A stretch of 64,000 nucleotides of DNA from the NCBI GenBank assembly GCA_021730935.1, contig JAKFYJ010000010.1, positions 6,500 to 70,499 of the forward strand. The letters run 5' to 3'. Shown here piece after piece: positions 1 through 12,000 of the stretch. Origin of the DNA: Elusimicrobiota bacterium (GTDB lineage Bacteria > Elusimicrobiota > Elusimicrobia > 2-02-FULL-39-32). Each line of letters opens with the position of its first letter. The stretch's first letter is position 1. The notes under the pieces were generated by a model. It saw nothing but the letters and a program-made list of their open reading frames with translations, did no database searches and had not been told where the DNA came from. A program made the translations under genes and the position numbers.

Positions 1-3000
1 TCCACCGTCGGGCAAATATCCCAGGTCTATGGCGTTATCAACGGGCAGGCCAAACTTCTCTCATCGAGAACGGCTTCAATTCAAAATGAAGTTCCGACCG
101 TCCGCCAAACTTTCACCGCGCCTCAGCCGGCGGCTCAGACTCAAACCCAGCCTCAGGTTCAGACCCAGTCTCTCGCGCCCGTGACCGCGCCTGCTTCCGA
201 ACAAACTGTCGATCTGGACGCTTCAGGAAACCTGACCGGAGCTTCTTTCACAGTCGGCGGAGTTCAATATCTCCTCGGGAGCGACGCGAACGGAAACCTG
301 ACGGTGAAATATCAGGATGCGAACGGCGAATGGCTTGACGGCTCTGCCTCCTTCGACGATTCCAATGGGCTCACGACGATCTCAATTGAAATGGGGGGAG
401 CCCTCTCTGTCCTGGCCACGCTCAACCAATCCACCAAAGAACTGATTTTCTCTCAGACAGGCGAAACATGGACGCTTGAGAATGAAGCCGCAATGGGGAG
501 CGTCCAAAATCAGGATGTCACCGTCACCTATGTTTATGATTCCAAGGGCCGCCTGACAGCCGCTCACGGAACCGGAAGTTTCGTGGGAGACGACGGTTTC
601 GGAAACCAGACTTCCGGCAGAATCAGCCAGTCGTATCTCGTCCTCATGGGACAGGCCAAGATCAACCAAAGCGTCACGCTTTCAAACACCGCCAACCTTG
701 ATGGTTCCACCCAGGACCAAAGCATGACCGTCACCTATCGTTATGATTCCAACGGCGCGCTTTTGAACGCCAGCGGACGCGGCACTTTTGTCGCCGTGAA
801 CACGGACGCTTCCGTCACAACCGGCAACATCACTCAGGATTATGTCGTGCTCGACGGCCAGGCCAAACTTTCTTCTTCCAGGACGGATTCCTCCAACAAC
901 TATCCTGATCAGTCCCATCAGGACCAGACCCTGGTCATCGCTTATGAATATGACGGAAGGAACCGCCTGAAAAGCGCCAAGGGCAAAGGGACTTTCACCC
1001 AGAGCGACAAGTTCGGAAACCTCCAGCATGGCGGCATCGCTCAGGACTATGCCGTCCTCATGGGACAGGCCAGGATCTCCAAATCCGTCACCAACACCAC
1101 GGTGGAGAACCTTGACGGGTCCAGTTCCCAGCAGGACCAGACGGTGGAATATATTTATGATTCTTCGGGCCGGGTCCTCGGCGCGACAGGCGCAGGCGTC
1201 TCCGTCTCCAACGACGGATACGGCAACCTCACAACCTCCCGATCCTTCCAAAACTATTCCCTCATTTTAGGCCAGACCAAACTTTCTCAAACCCTCTCTC
1301 ATTCCGAAACCCGAAACCTCGACGGTTCCTCTCAAGTCCAGGACATGATCCAGACCCAGGATTATGATTCCAAGGGCCGATTGATCGGCGCGCACGGCGG
1401 CGGAACCTTCAGCTCCGACGACGGGTTCGGCAACACAACATCGGGGACCCTCAGCCAGATTTATGACATCATCAATTTTCAGGCCAAACTCATGCGGTCC
1501 GTCACAGAATCCAGCACGCTCAACCTGGACGGTTCATCCCAGTCTCAGATCACCACGGTGGATTATGCTTATGACAATCTCGGATTGCTCTCGTCTTCCT
1601 CCGGTTCGGGTTCTTTCAGCTCGAACGACGGCTATGACAATCTTACAAGCGGAACCATAACCCAGACCTATTCAGTCATCCAGGGCCAGGCCAAACTCTC
1701 GGCATCCGAAACCCTTTCTAACACCGCAAACCGGGACGGGTCCACTCAAACCCAAACAGTCACCGTGGCCTATGGCTATGACGCCAACGGCAAACTGACA
1801 TCCGCGGGGGGGACCGGAACATTTTCTTCCAACGACGGATTCAACAACGTCACCGCCGGCACCCTCACCCAGATTTACAGCATCGTCAACGGACAGGCCA
1901 AGATGGGAACTTCCGCCACGGTCTCGGACACGCGCAACCTCGACGGATCCACTCAGCATCAGAGCGTCACAGTCGCCTATGTTTATGATTCCCTGGGCCG
2001 CGTCCTCTCCGCTTCCGGTCAGGGCTCGTTCAATTCCGACGACGGCTATGGAAACCTCACCAACGGAACCATCGCTCAGACTTATGCCGTCGTGAACGGC
2101 CAGGCGAAACTTTCCGCTTCAGAAACGGTTTCGCGCACCCTGAACCTCGACGGCTCCACGCAAGACCAGACCGTCATCGTTTCCTATGCGTATGACCGCT
2201 TCGGAAAAATCCTCTCCGCCTCCGGCATCGGAACATTTTCATCCAACGACGGTTACGGCAACCTGACCTCCGGCAACATCGAACAGTCCTATGTCATCTT
2301 AAACGGTCAGGCCAAACTCTCTTCTTCAAAAACCGTTTCGGACACGCTCAACCTCGACGGCTCCACTCAGCGCCAGACCGTGACGGTTGATTATGGTTAT
2401 GACGCCGACGGCTTCTTCCTCGCTTCCGCGCTCGGCAAAGGTTTGTTCAGCTCCAACGATGGTTTCGGCAACCTCACCTCCGGCAGCATCGACCAAAAAT
2501 ATTCCATCATCCGCGGCCAGGCCAAACTGGATGCCTCGGAAACCGTTTCCCGCACCGCCAACCTTGACGGTTCCACGCAAGACCAGACTGTGACGGTTTC
2601 CTATGCGTATGACAGCGTCGGAAAAATCATCTCCGCCTCCGGTTCCGGAACATTTTCATCCAACGACGGGTTCGGAAACCTCACCTCCGGGAACATCCAT
2701 CAGACTTATGCCGTCGTGAACGGCCAGGCCAAAATCGCCTCGTCGCAAACGGCATCCCAAACGCAGAACCTGGACGGGTCCACCCAGGACCAAACCGTCA
2801 CCGTCGCTTATTCTTATGACCCTCTGAACGGCAAACTCCTTTCCGCTGACGGCTCAGGCGTTTTCAATTCCAACGACGGATACAACAATCTCACGTCCGG
2901 AACCATCAATCAAACCTATGCCGTCGTGAACGGCCAGGCCAAACTTTCCGCTTCAGAAACGGTTTCGCGCACCCTGAACCTCGACGGATCCACTCAGGAC

Positions 3001-6000
3001 CAAACGGTCACGGTTTCCTATGCCTATGACGCGGCGGGCAAAATCATCTCCGCGGACGGCAGAGGGACTTTCAATTCCGACGACGGTTATGGCAACCTCA
3101 CTTCCGGCAGCATCGCGCAGTCTTATGTCATCGTGAACGGTCAGGCCAAACTTTCCTCCTCTGTGACGGTTTCTCACTCCGACAACCTTGACGATTCCAC
3201 GCAGGATCAGACCGTCACGGTTTCTTATGCTTATGATTCCGTCGGCAAAATCGTTTCAGCGTCCGGGGCCGGAACATTTTCCTCCAATGACGGATTTGGC
3301 AACCTCACTTCGGGAAAAATATCCCAGTCTTATGTCATCGTGAACGGACAGGCGAAACTGGCCTCTTCCGAAACGATTTCCGACACGGCGAACTTGGACG
3401 GCTCCACCCAAAATCAGCGGATGCTGGTCAATTATGCTTATGATTCCGTCGGCAAAATCATCTCAGCGTCCGGGACAGGAACCTTCGGATCCGACGATGG
3501 CTTCGGCAACCTCACTTCCGGCCGCCTCACGCAGTCTTATGTCATCCTGAACGGCCAGGCGAAACTTTCTTCGTCTGTCACAGATTCCAGCACGGTCAAC
3601 CGGGACGGGTCCACCCAGCATCAGCTCATGACGGTCTCTTATTCTTATGATCCCAGGACCTTCAAACCCGCTTCAACCACAGGCAAAGGCGTCTTCGATT
3701 CCAATGATGGATACGGAAACCTCACAACCGGAGACATCGAGCAGACTTATGTCCTCATCAACGGCCAGTCCAAACTCGCGTCATCCATCACGGCGTCTCA
3801 CACTCAAAATCTCGACGATTCCGTTCAGGACCAGACTGTCACCGTTTCTTATGCTTATGACAATGTCGGCCGCCTCACCCGCGCTTCGGGCGCCGGAACC
3901 TTCAATTCCAACGACGGCAACGGCAACCTCACCGCCGGAGACATCCTTCAAACCTATGACATCATCCGAGGCCAGGCGAAACTGGTCTCATCCCAAACTG
4001 ATTCCCACACGCTCAACATCGACGGGTCCACTCAGGACCAGACGGTGACCGTCCGTTACACTTATGATTCCCTCGGCCGTTCTCTGACCGCTTTCGGGCT
4101 CGGCTCCTTCACTTCCAATGACGGATATGGAAACCTGACTTCCGGCACCATCACGCAGACATATGTCAGCATCAACGGCCAGTTCAAACTCGAGTCTTCA
4201 GAAACCGTTTCCGATTCCTCCAACCTTGACGGTTCCACACAGCATCAGAGCGTGCTCGTGGCTTATGTTTATGATTCCGTGGGCCGAATCACCGGCGCCT
4301 CCGGAGCCGGAACCTTCGTTGCAGACGACGGATACGGCAACCTCACGGACGGAAACATCGCCCAGTCTTATTCCGTCATCAACGGACAAGCCAAACTCTC
4401 CTCCTCAAAAACAGATTCCAACATGATCAATCTCGACGGTTCTTCCCAGGTCCAGAGCGTGACCGTGGATTATGCTTATGATTCCGTCGGCCGGCCCTTG
4501 AGCGCGGACGGAAACGGCTCGTTCCGATCCAACGACGGTTTCGGCAACATCACTCTCGGGACCCTGCATCAAACCTATTCCAAAATTGCGGGCCAGTTCA
4601 AAATGACGGCCTCCGAAACAGTTTCAGAAGTCAACAACCTTGACGGATCCGCTCAGCATCAGGCCGTGACCGTGGTTTATGCCTATGACAGCGCGGCCCG
4701 CCTGATTTCCGCAGTCGGAGATGGAACCTTTTCCTCCACCAGCTTCAAAACCCTTTCCCAGGGCACCCTCCACCAGACCTATGACATCATCCTGGGCCAG
4801 GCGCGTCTCTCGGGCACCGACACCCGGACCCTCACGACAGAACCCGTCACACTGATTTCGCAATATGCAGAATCCCAGGGCTCGGCGTCCAATGTCTCGG
4901 CCACGCTCAATTTTGACGCCGCGAAAAACCTGCTCGGCGGAGAAATCCTCAACCTGAACGGACGCAAATGGATCGTGAGCTGGGACGACACGGCCCAGGC
5001 TCTGGTTCTCTCGGTTTTGGACAGCGGCAACAACAAGGTTGCCGGAACCCTTTCCATGCTCTCTGAAACGTCCGGCCTCGCTTCATTCGAATTGATTTCA
5101 GCGGACGGAGAAACCCATTCCGTCACCGTCGACAAACAAAGCGGCCAGGTCGCCTTCAACAATTCTCCCGTCGTCCTTTATACCGCCAACGGCCCCGTCG
5201 TCGTGAGCCCGGACCAGGACCAGTTCGTGACCGTCACCTATAAGCATGACGCCAACGGCAAACTCCTGTCCGCCGAAGGCCGCGGAAACTTCACCATCAA
5301 CGACGGATACGGCAACATCACCGAGGGCCGGATCGAACAGGAATATCTCATCATCAAGGGCCAGGCCAAACTTTGGAAGAACGAAACCAAAACCTGGTCC
5401 GGCGGCGGCCTGCTGGACAGTTTCGGAAACCCCGGATCCAACCAGGACAACAGCATGAACAGCCAGGACCTCACGGTTTATTATGCCTATAATGCCGTGG
5501 GCTCTCTCGTCGCGAGCGGCGGGGTTTTCGGCGGCAAAAACGGGGACGGCGTCACTCAGGGCGAAGGAACGATGTGGAGCGATTCAGGATTCGGCGATGT
5601 CACGCTGGGGAACATCACTCAGACTTATGAAGTCGTCATGGGACAAGCCAAGCTCAAGACCTCCCGGACCGACACGCACACGATGAACGCGGACGGAAGC
5701 CAGACCTGGCAGGACGGGTCCACCCACAACGGCGTCCAGACCCAGGGCATCACGGTCACTTATTCTTATAACGCTTTGGGGCTCATGACGGGAGCGGTCG
5801 CCGACACAGGCGTTTCCATGAGCCGGGACGCTTATGGCAGCTGGACCAAAACCACCACCACGCAGTCCTATATGATGATTTCCAGCATCGGGCAGGCCAA
5901 ACTCAGAGAAACGGCTTCTGTTTCCGAAGGTTTCAACCTTGACGGCTCATCGTCCCGCCAGGAGATGACGGTCACCAACAATTATGACGCCAACGGCTCT

Positions 6001-9000
6001 CTCGTCGCCGCTTCAGGCAAGGGAAATTTCGTTTCCAACGACGGCGCCGGCAACATCACCTCAGGAAAAATCACCCAGGTTTATGTCATCATCGCAGGCC
6101 AGGCGAAACTGTCTTCTTCCCGCACGCTTTCCGATTCGTTCCATCAGGACGCAAACGGCGCTCTCGTTGCCGGCAACGCGGACGGATCTTCCCAAACCCA
6201 GGACCTCACCGTCTCCTATACCTATGATTCCAAAGGACTCCTGACCGGAGCGCACGGAGCCGGAACTTTCAGCAACGAATCCGCTTTCGCCTGGACGGAC
6301 TCTGACGGAGACGGAACGGTGGATTCTCAGGTGAGAGAAGGCCCTGCCTCCAGCGGCACCATTGAACAGATTTATGCGGTCATCAACGGCCAGGCCAGGA
6401 TGATCGAATCCAAAACCATCACTCTCGCAACCGACGCCGCAAGGGCCGCAGGAAGGCCCCAGGCCCAGGCCGAGCTCGACGCCGCGCTTCCCGTTCTCCA
6501 GGCCGCTCAGTCTGAACTGGACGCCGCAAATGCGTCCCGCGATTCCAGCGAACTCACCATGAACAGCGCCGAAACTCTTTATCGCGCGGCCGTCGCCGAG
6601 CTGGAACAGCGGAGAGCCGAATATGACAGCGCCGTCAACGAACATGACGCCGCCGTGACCGCCTATAACATCGCGCTTGCAGAGCTGGATAACGCCGCCC
6701 TGCTCAGAGATGAAGCCGCCCGGCAGGCAGACCTTTCTGATCAGGGGTATCTGGACGCCGTCGCGGCCTATGACGCCGCCGTGGTCGCTTATCAAAATTC
6801 CATCCCGGCCTATGACGCCGCCGTTGCCGCTTATGACGCAGCGATCGCGCCTTATGAAGCCGCCAAGGCGGAACATGAGGTTGCCCTTGCCGCCTATGAT
6901 CAAGCCATCTCTGTTTATGACAACGCTTTGGCCGCTTATGACCGGTCCAACACGGCCTATCGTGACGCGATCAAACAATATACGGACGCCGTGAAAGTCC
7001 GCGACCAGGCCGTGACGGATGCGATCAGGAAACACGACGCGGATTATGCCGCCCAATTGCCCATCCTCCACGCCGCGGAAATTGTCCTCTCGGCCCGTCA
7101 GACAGACCTGGACTGGTCCATCTCGAATCTCAAGAGCCAGCAATCCAATGGAAATTTAAGTTATTCCGACTGCATTAAAATTCTCGAAGATCAAGGCAGG
7201 ATGGATCTTTATTATGCGGCGCAAACCGACGTGAAGGAAGCCAAAGAAACATTGAACAGAATCGACAGCGCGCGCGACGCGAAGATCTCTCAGGCGAACG
7301 CCACACTCTCCACATTCAAACAGGCGATGGACCTTGCCTATGACGACATGCTCTCCAAGCTGTCCGATGTGGACGCATCTCTGACGGTGAAAGACGCGAA
7401 ACATGCTGATTTGACCCAGGCCTATAATTTTATGGTGGCGAAGAAAGCGGTCATGGACCTCGCCTTCGATGTCAAATCAAATGCCTTCACCGTGATGGAT
7501 AACGATTACAATTTCACTCTCAACCGCGCGGCTCTCGTGCAGGTCGCTCTCGAATGGAAAGCCTATACTCCGGCCTATCTCGCCGAGCGGACCCAGATCC
7601 TGACGGATCGGCAGAACGATGTCTCCGCCGCCTCTGGCAGCATGTCCGCAACCGACTCCGCCATGCAGGCCAAACTGGACGCCCTTCAAAGCGCCCAGTC
7701 CGCAGTCGTTCCTGCCCAATCCGCTTTTGCTTCTGCCGCTTCCGCGTTCCAGGCCTCCGCCAGTCTCGCGGACCAGAAACAGCAGGCTTTCGACGCCGCG
7801 CAGGACGATGTGAATGAAAAACGCGCCGTCCTCAATTCCATTCCTCTTTATGCGCCCACCTCCGAACAGAATATATCGGTCAAATACACCTATGATGCCA
7901 AAGGCCTCCTCACAGGCGCTGTGGGAGACGGAACAACCCGGTCCGACGACGGGTTCGGCAATGTTTCCCTGGGAACCATCCATCAGGACTATGCCGTCAT
8001 CCTCGGACAGGCCAGGATCACTGCCAGCAACACCAAGACCTGGTCCGGAACCACTGGATCGGACTTTGCGCATCCCGGAGTGAACCTTGACGGAAGCAAA
8101 AACACCCAGGACACCACGGTTCACTATTCTTATGATTCCGCCACGGGCCGCCTCACGGGAGCCGCAGGAAGCGGTTCCATGTGGAGCGACGACGGATATG
8201 GCGATGTGACCACCGGAATCATCAGCCAAACCTACGGCATTTATAACGGCCAGGCCAGGATGACGGAAACCACCACCGTCTCGGACAGCGCGAATCTGGA
8301 CGGGTCCACCCAGCATCAGTCCGTCACCGTTTCCTATACGCTCGACAGCAAAACAGGCATGGTCACGGGAGCCTCCGGCACAGGCGCCTTTGACGGCAAC
8401 GACGGATCCGGCAACCTCACTTCCGGCACATTGGCGCAGAAATATGTGATCCTTGCCGGGCAGGCCAAAATGAGCCGATCCGTCACCGCGTCCGACACCA
8501 TCAACCTTGACGGAACCACCCAGCATCAGGTCATGACCGTCAACTATAAATATGACCTGAAATCCGGCGCCCTCATCAAAGCGTCCGGTTCGGGAACTTT
8601 CACCTCCAATGATCGTGGGAGCGTGAACGCGGGAACCATAACCCAGGGCTTTGAAATCATCAACGGCCAGGCCCGCATTTTCCGGAACATCACCGTTTCC
8701 GATTCTCTCAACAAAGACAAATCTTCCCAGCATCAGGAAGTCCGCATGATTTATGTCAACGATCAGGCCACGGGCAGACTCGTGAGCGCGTCCGGTTCCG
8801 GAACTTTCAGCGGAGACGACGGGTTCGGAAACAAGAGTTTCGGCAAACTCTCCCAATCTTTCGAAGCCATCAACGGACAGGCCCGCATGACGCAAAACGA
8901 CACGGTCACCGAAACCCGCAATCTGGACGGTTCCGCCCAGCATCAGGAAATGTCCGTGGTTTATGTGAATGATCACTCCACCGGCAAGGCTCTGACCGCG

Positions 9001-12000
9001 GTCGGCATCGGTTCTTTCGTCGGCGACGACGGGCACGGGAGCGTCACCAACGGGAGCATCTCCCAGACTTTTGCGCAGTTCAACGGCCAGCTCAAGATGG
9101 TTCAAAACAACACCCAAACCTGGTCAGGAACGGGGTCTTATGACAATCCCGGAACGAACCCTGACGGAAGCCTCAGCAAGCAGGAAACAATCGTGACCTA
9201 TGCTTATGATTCTTTGGGCGCGCCGATCGGCGTCACGGGACACGGCACCCTTTGGAGCATGGACGCGGGCGGCAATGTGACGAACGGGGAAATCACCCAG
9301 GAATATGCCAATGTGAACGGACAGCACAAAATGATTTCCAGCAACACCCGCACCTGGTCCGGCAACGGCAGTTATGATGCCCCGGGATTGAATGTGAACG
9401 GCAGTCAGAACAGCCAGGACATGACGGTGTATTATGCCTATGACGTCGACGGAAAAGCAGTCGCGTCCGGCGGAGTCTATGGCGGCCTCTCCGGCGACGG
9501 CGTCACTCAGGGCGCGGGTTCCATGTGGAGCAACGACGGAAACAGCAACATCACCACCGGCCAGGTCCGCCAGGTCTACAGCGTTGTGAACGGCCAGCTC
9601 AAAATGCTGGACTCCATATCCGCCACCCACACTGACAACGCCAGCGGTTCCTCATCTGAACAGACCGTCACCGTGACTTATGCCTATGATTCTCTCGGGC
9701 GGCTGACAGGCGCAAGCGGCGCGGGGACCTCGGCGTCCTTCAATGACGCGGGCAGGAAAACTTCCGAAGGAACCATCAGCCAGGTTTATCTCCTCATCAC
9801 CGGCGAAGCCAAACTCGTTTCACAGACTTCCGTGAACTCCCAGATTCAGGCCGATCCCGCGCTCCAGAATGTCGTGACCCAGACGCAAACCACCACGGTC
9901 AAATATTTTTATGATTCCCTGCGCAGGCTCACGGGAGCCGCCGGTTTCGGCTCTGTCCGTTCCGTTGAACTGAACGGCCGCCTGACCACACAGAATTTCG
10001 TTCAGGATTTCTCCATCATTCGAGGCGAAGCCAAGATCACCCTCATCAAAAACGGCGTTTCCATCACCCGCGAATCCGCCACAGCCAATGCCCGCATCGT
10101 GGGCACGGAAACCGAATGGAACCAGTCTTTCACTTATGACGCCAACGGCGTGCTCACGGGCTCAGCCGCTTCCAAAGCCACGGTCCGCACCTCAGAAGAA
10201 TTCGGCACGGGCCTCATGACCGTGAGCTGGACCGACCGGACATTTGCTGTCATCAACGGCGAAGCCAAAGCCAACACCATCTATAACGGATGGACCATGA
10301 CTTTCAACCTCTCCGGCGCCATCGTCGGCAAAGAAACCGCCTGGATGCAGGCGTTCATCTATAACACCGTCGGGCGTTTGCTCCATGTCGACACCACCCT
10401 TTCAGATCAGACTTCCATTGACCAGGACTCCACCTCAATCACGAGACACACCGTTCAGAGGATTTTCGGCGTGGTTGCGGGAGAGGCCAGGCTCCTCGGC
10501 ATGAAAAACGGCGAGTCCGTGACCCTGGACCGATTCAGCAGAGTGGTCGCCAAAGAGTCTTCCTGGACCCAAAACTATATTTATGACGCCTATGGCACGT
10601 TCGTGGGGATTGATGCGGAAGATTCCGTTCAGACTTCCATCGATCCTGATTCCCTGAGCGTGACTGAGCACAGCATCTCAAGAAGTTTCGATATCAAAAA
10701 CGGCGAGGCCAAGCTCCGGAGCATCACCAACGGCGCGTCCGTCACCAAATCGCGATATGGCAATGTCGTCAGCGAAGAAACTTCCTGGACCCAGACTTTT
10801 GCCTATGACAGCGAAGGCAACCTTTCAGGCGTCACAGCGACAGAATCCGTTCAGACCGGCATCGACAACAACGGACTCACCACATCTCACACGGTTCAGC
10901 GCACTTTTGATGTCATCAAAAACGAAGCCAAGCTGACGCGCATCGACAATGGCGATTCCGAGACGAAAGACGATTTCGGACGCATCGTCGGAACCGAAAG
11001 CGCCTGGAGCCAGATTTTCAAGTTCAACAGCAATGGCAAACTCGTTGAAGTGAGCCAGCTCGGAGATTCTGTCCAGACCTCCACGGATCCGGACACCGGA
11101 ACCAAAACAAGCCACACGAGCAGGCGGACATTTGATGTGATCGCGGGAGAAGCCAAACTCTCCTCTGTTGAAAACGGGGAAACCCGCACGGTTGATTCCC
11201 AGGGCCGCCTGACTGCCGTGGAATCCGCCTGGAACCAAACTTTCACTTATGATGCTCTTGGCCAAATGCTCACCGCGTCCTCCTCAAAGTCCACGCGCAC
11301 GTCCACCGATCCAGACACAAACCAGACCGGGACCATGGAAATCAGCCGTGTTTTCACAGTGGTCCACGGAGAATCCAAACTGGCCGCTCTCGAAAACGGC
11401 GAATCCATAACGCGGGACGTGAACGGAAAGATCGTTTCGCAGGAATCCGCCTGGACCCAAATTTTCGCGTATAGCGCTTCCGGAGAACTCGTCGAATCCC
11501 TCGCCTCCGTTTCACACAGCGAGACGACCGACCAAAAGACCGGGCAAGTGACCCGCCGCGATGTCGAGCGGACTTTCGTTATCCTGAACGGCGAAGCCAA
11601 GCTGAACACGGTCAAAACGTCCACCCAAAGCGTCGGCAAGGCCAATGATAAACACTGGGAAGAAGTGACCGTGAAATATGTCTATGATTCCAGAGGCAAG
11701 CTCATCAGCGCGAAAGGCTCGGGGGAATCCATCCAGTTCGGCGGCCAGGTCTGGTCCGTGAAACTGGACCAAAACGGCCAGGTGGTCAAAGACAGCCAGG
11801 GCAAAGATGTCCGGGAACTCGTTGACAATCGCGGCCTCACCACCAGCGTGATCGAGCAGGATTTCGACATCGTGGGCGGCGAAGCCAAGCTCGTCAAAAA
11901 CCGAACCATTGCCACTTCACGGAGTTCCGACGGCATCGGGTCCACCCGGATCGACGACACGTCCATCACTTTCCTTTTTGACCTCAAGACCGGAAAACAG

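Noticed and set aside
181-183. GTG at 181 as the true start codon of gene 1, as implied by the ORF track
   Set aside because: The frame is open from nt 1, and nt 10-75 encode a bona fide copy of the repeat motif (GQISQVYGVINGQAKL) followed by a Q/T/P linker. The ORF simply enters the window already open.
499-4830. Regular ~207-nt periodicity that could be mistaken for a CRISPR or satellite array
   Set aside because: The period is a multiple of 3 and the repeats are in frame within a continuous ORF. The whole unit is conserved at protein level, with no repeat/spacer alternation. It is a coding tandem repeat.
6061-9117. Long antisense ORFs inside gene 1 (6061-7143, 360 aa; 7477-9117, 546 aa; also 12355-13332, 32830-34182, 41671-42498)
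   Set aside because: They lie entirely within, and opposite to, a coding frame that has strong codon bias. Their translations are Gly/Arg/Val/Asp-rich low-information sequence with no motifs. Long stop-free antisense frames are expected opposite GC3-rich genes.
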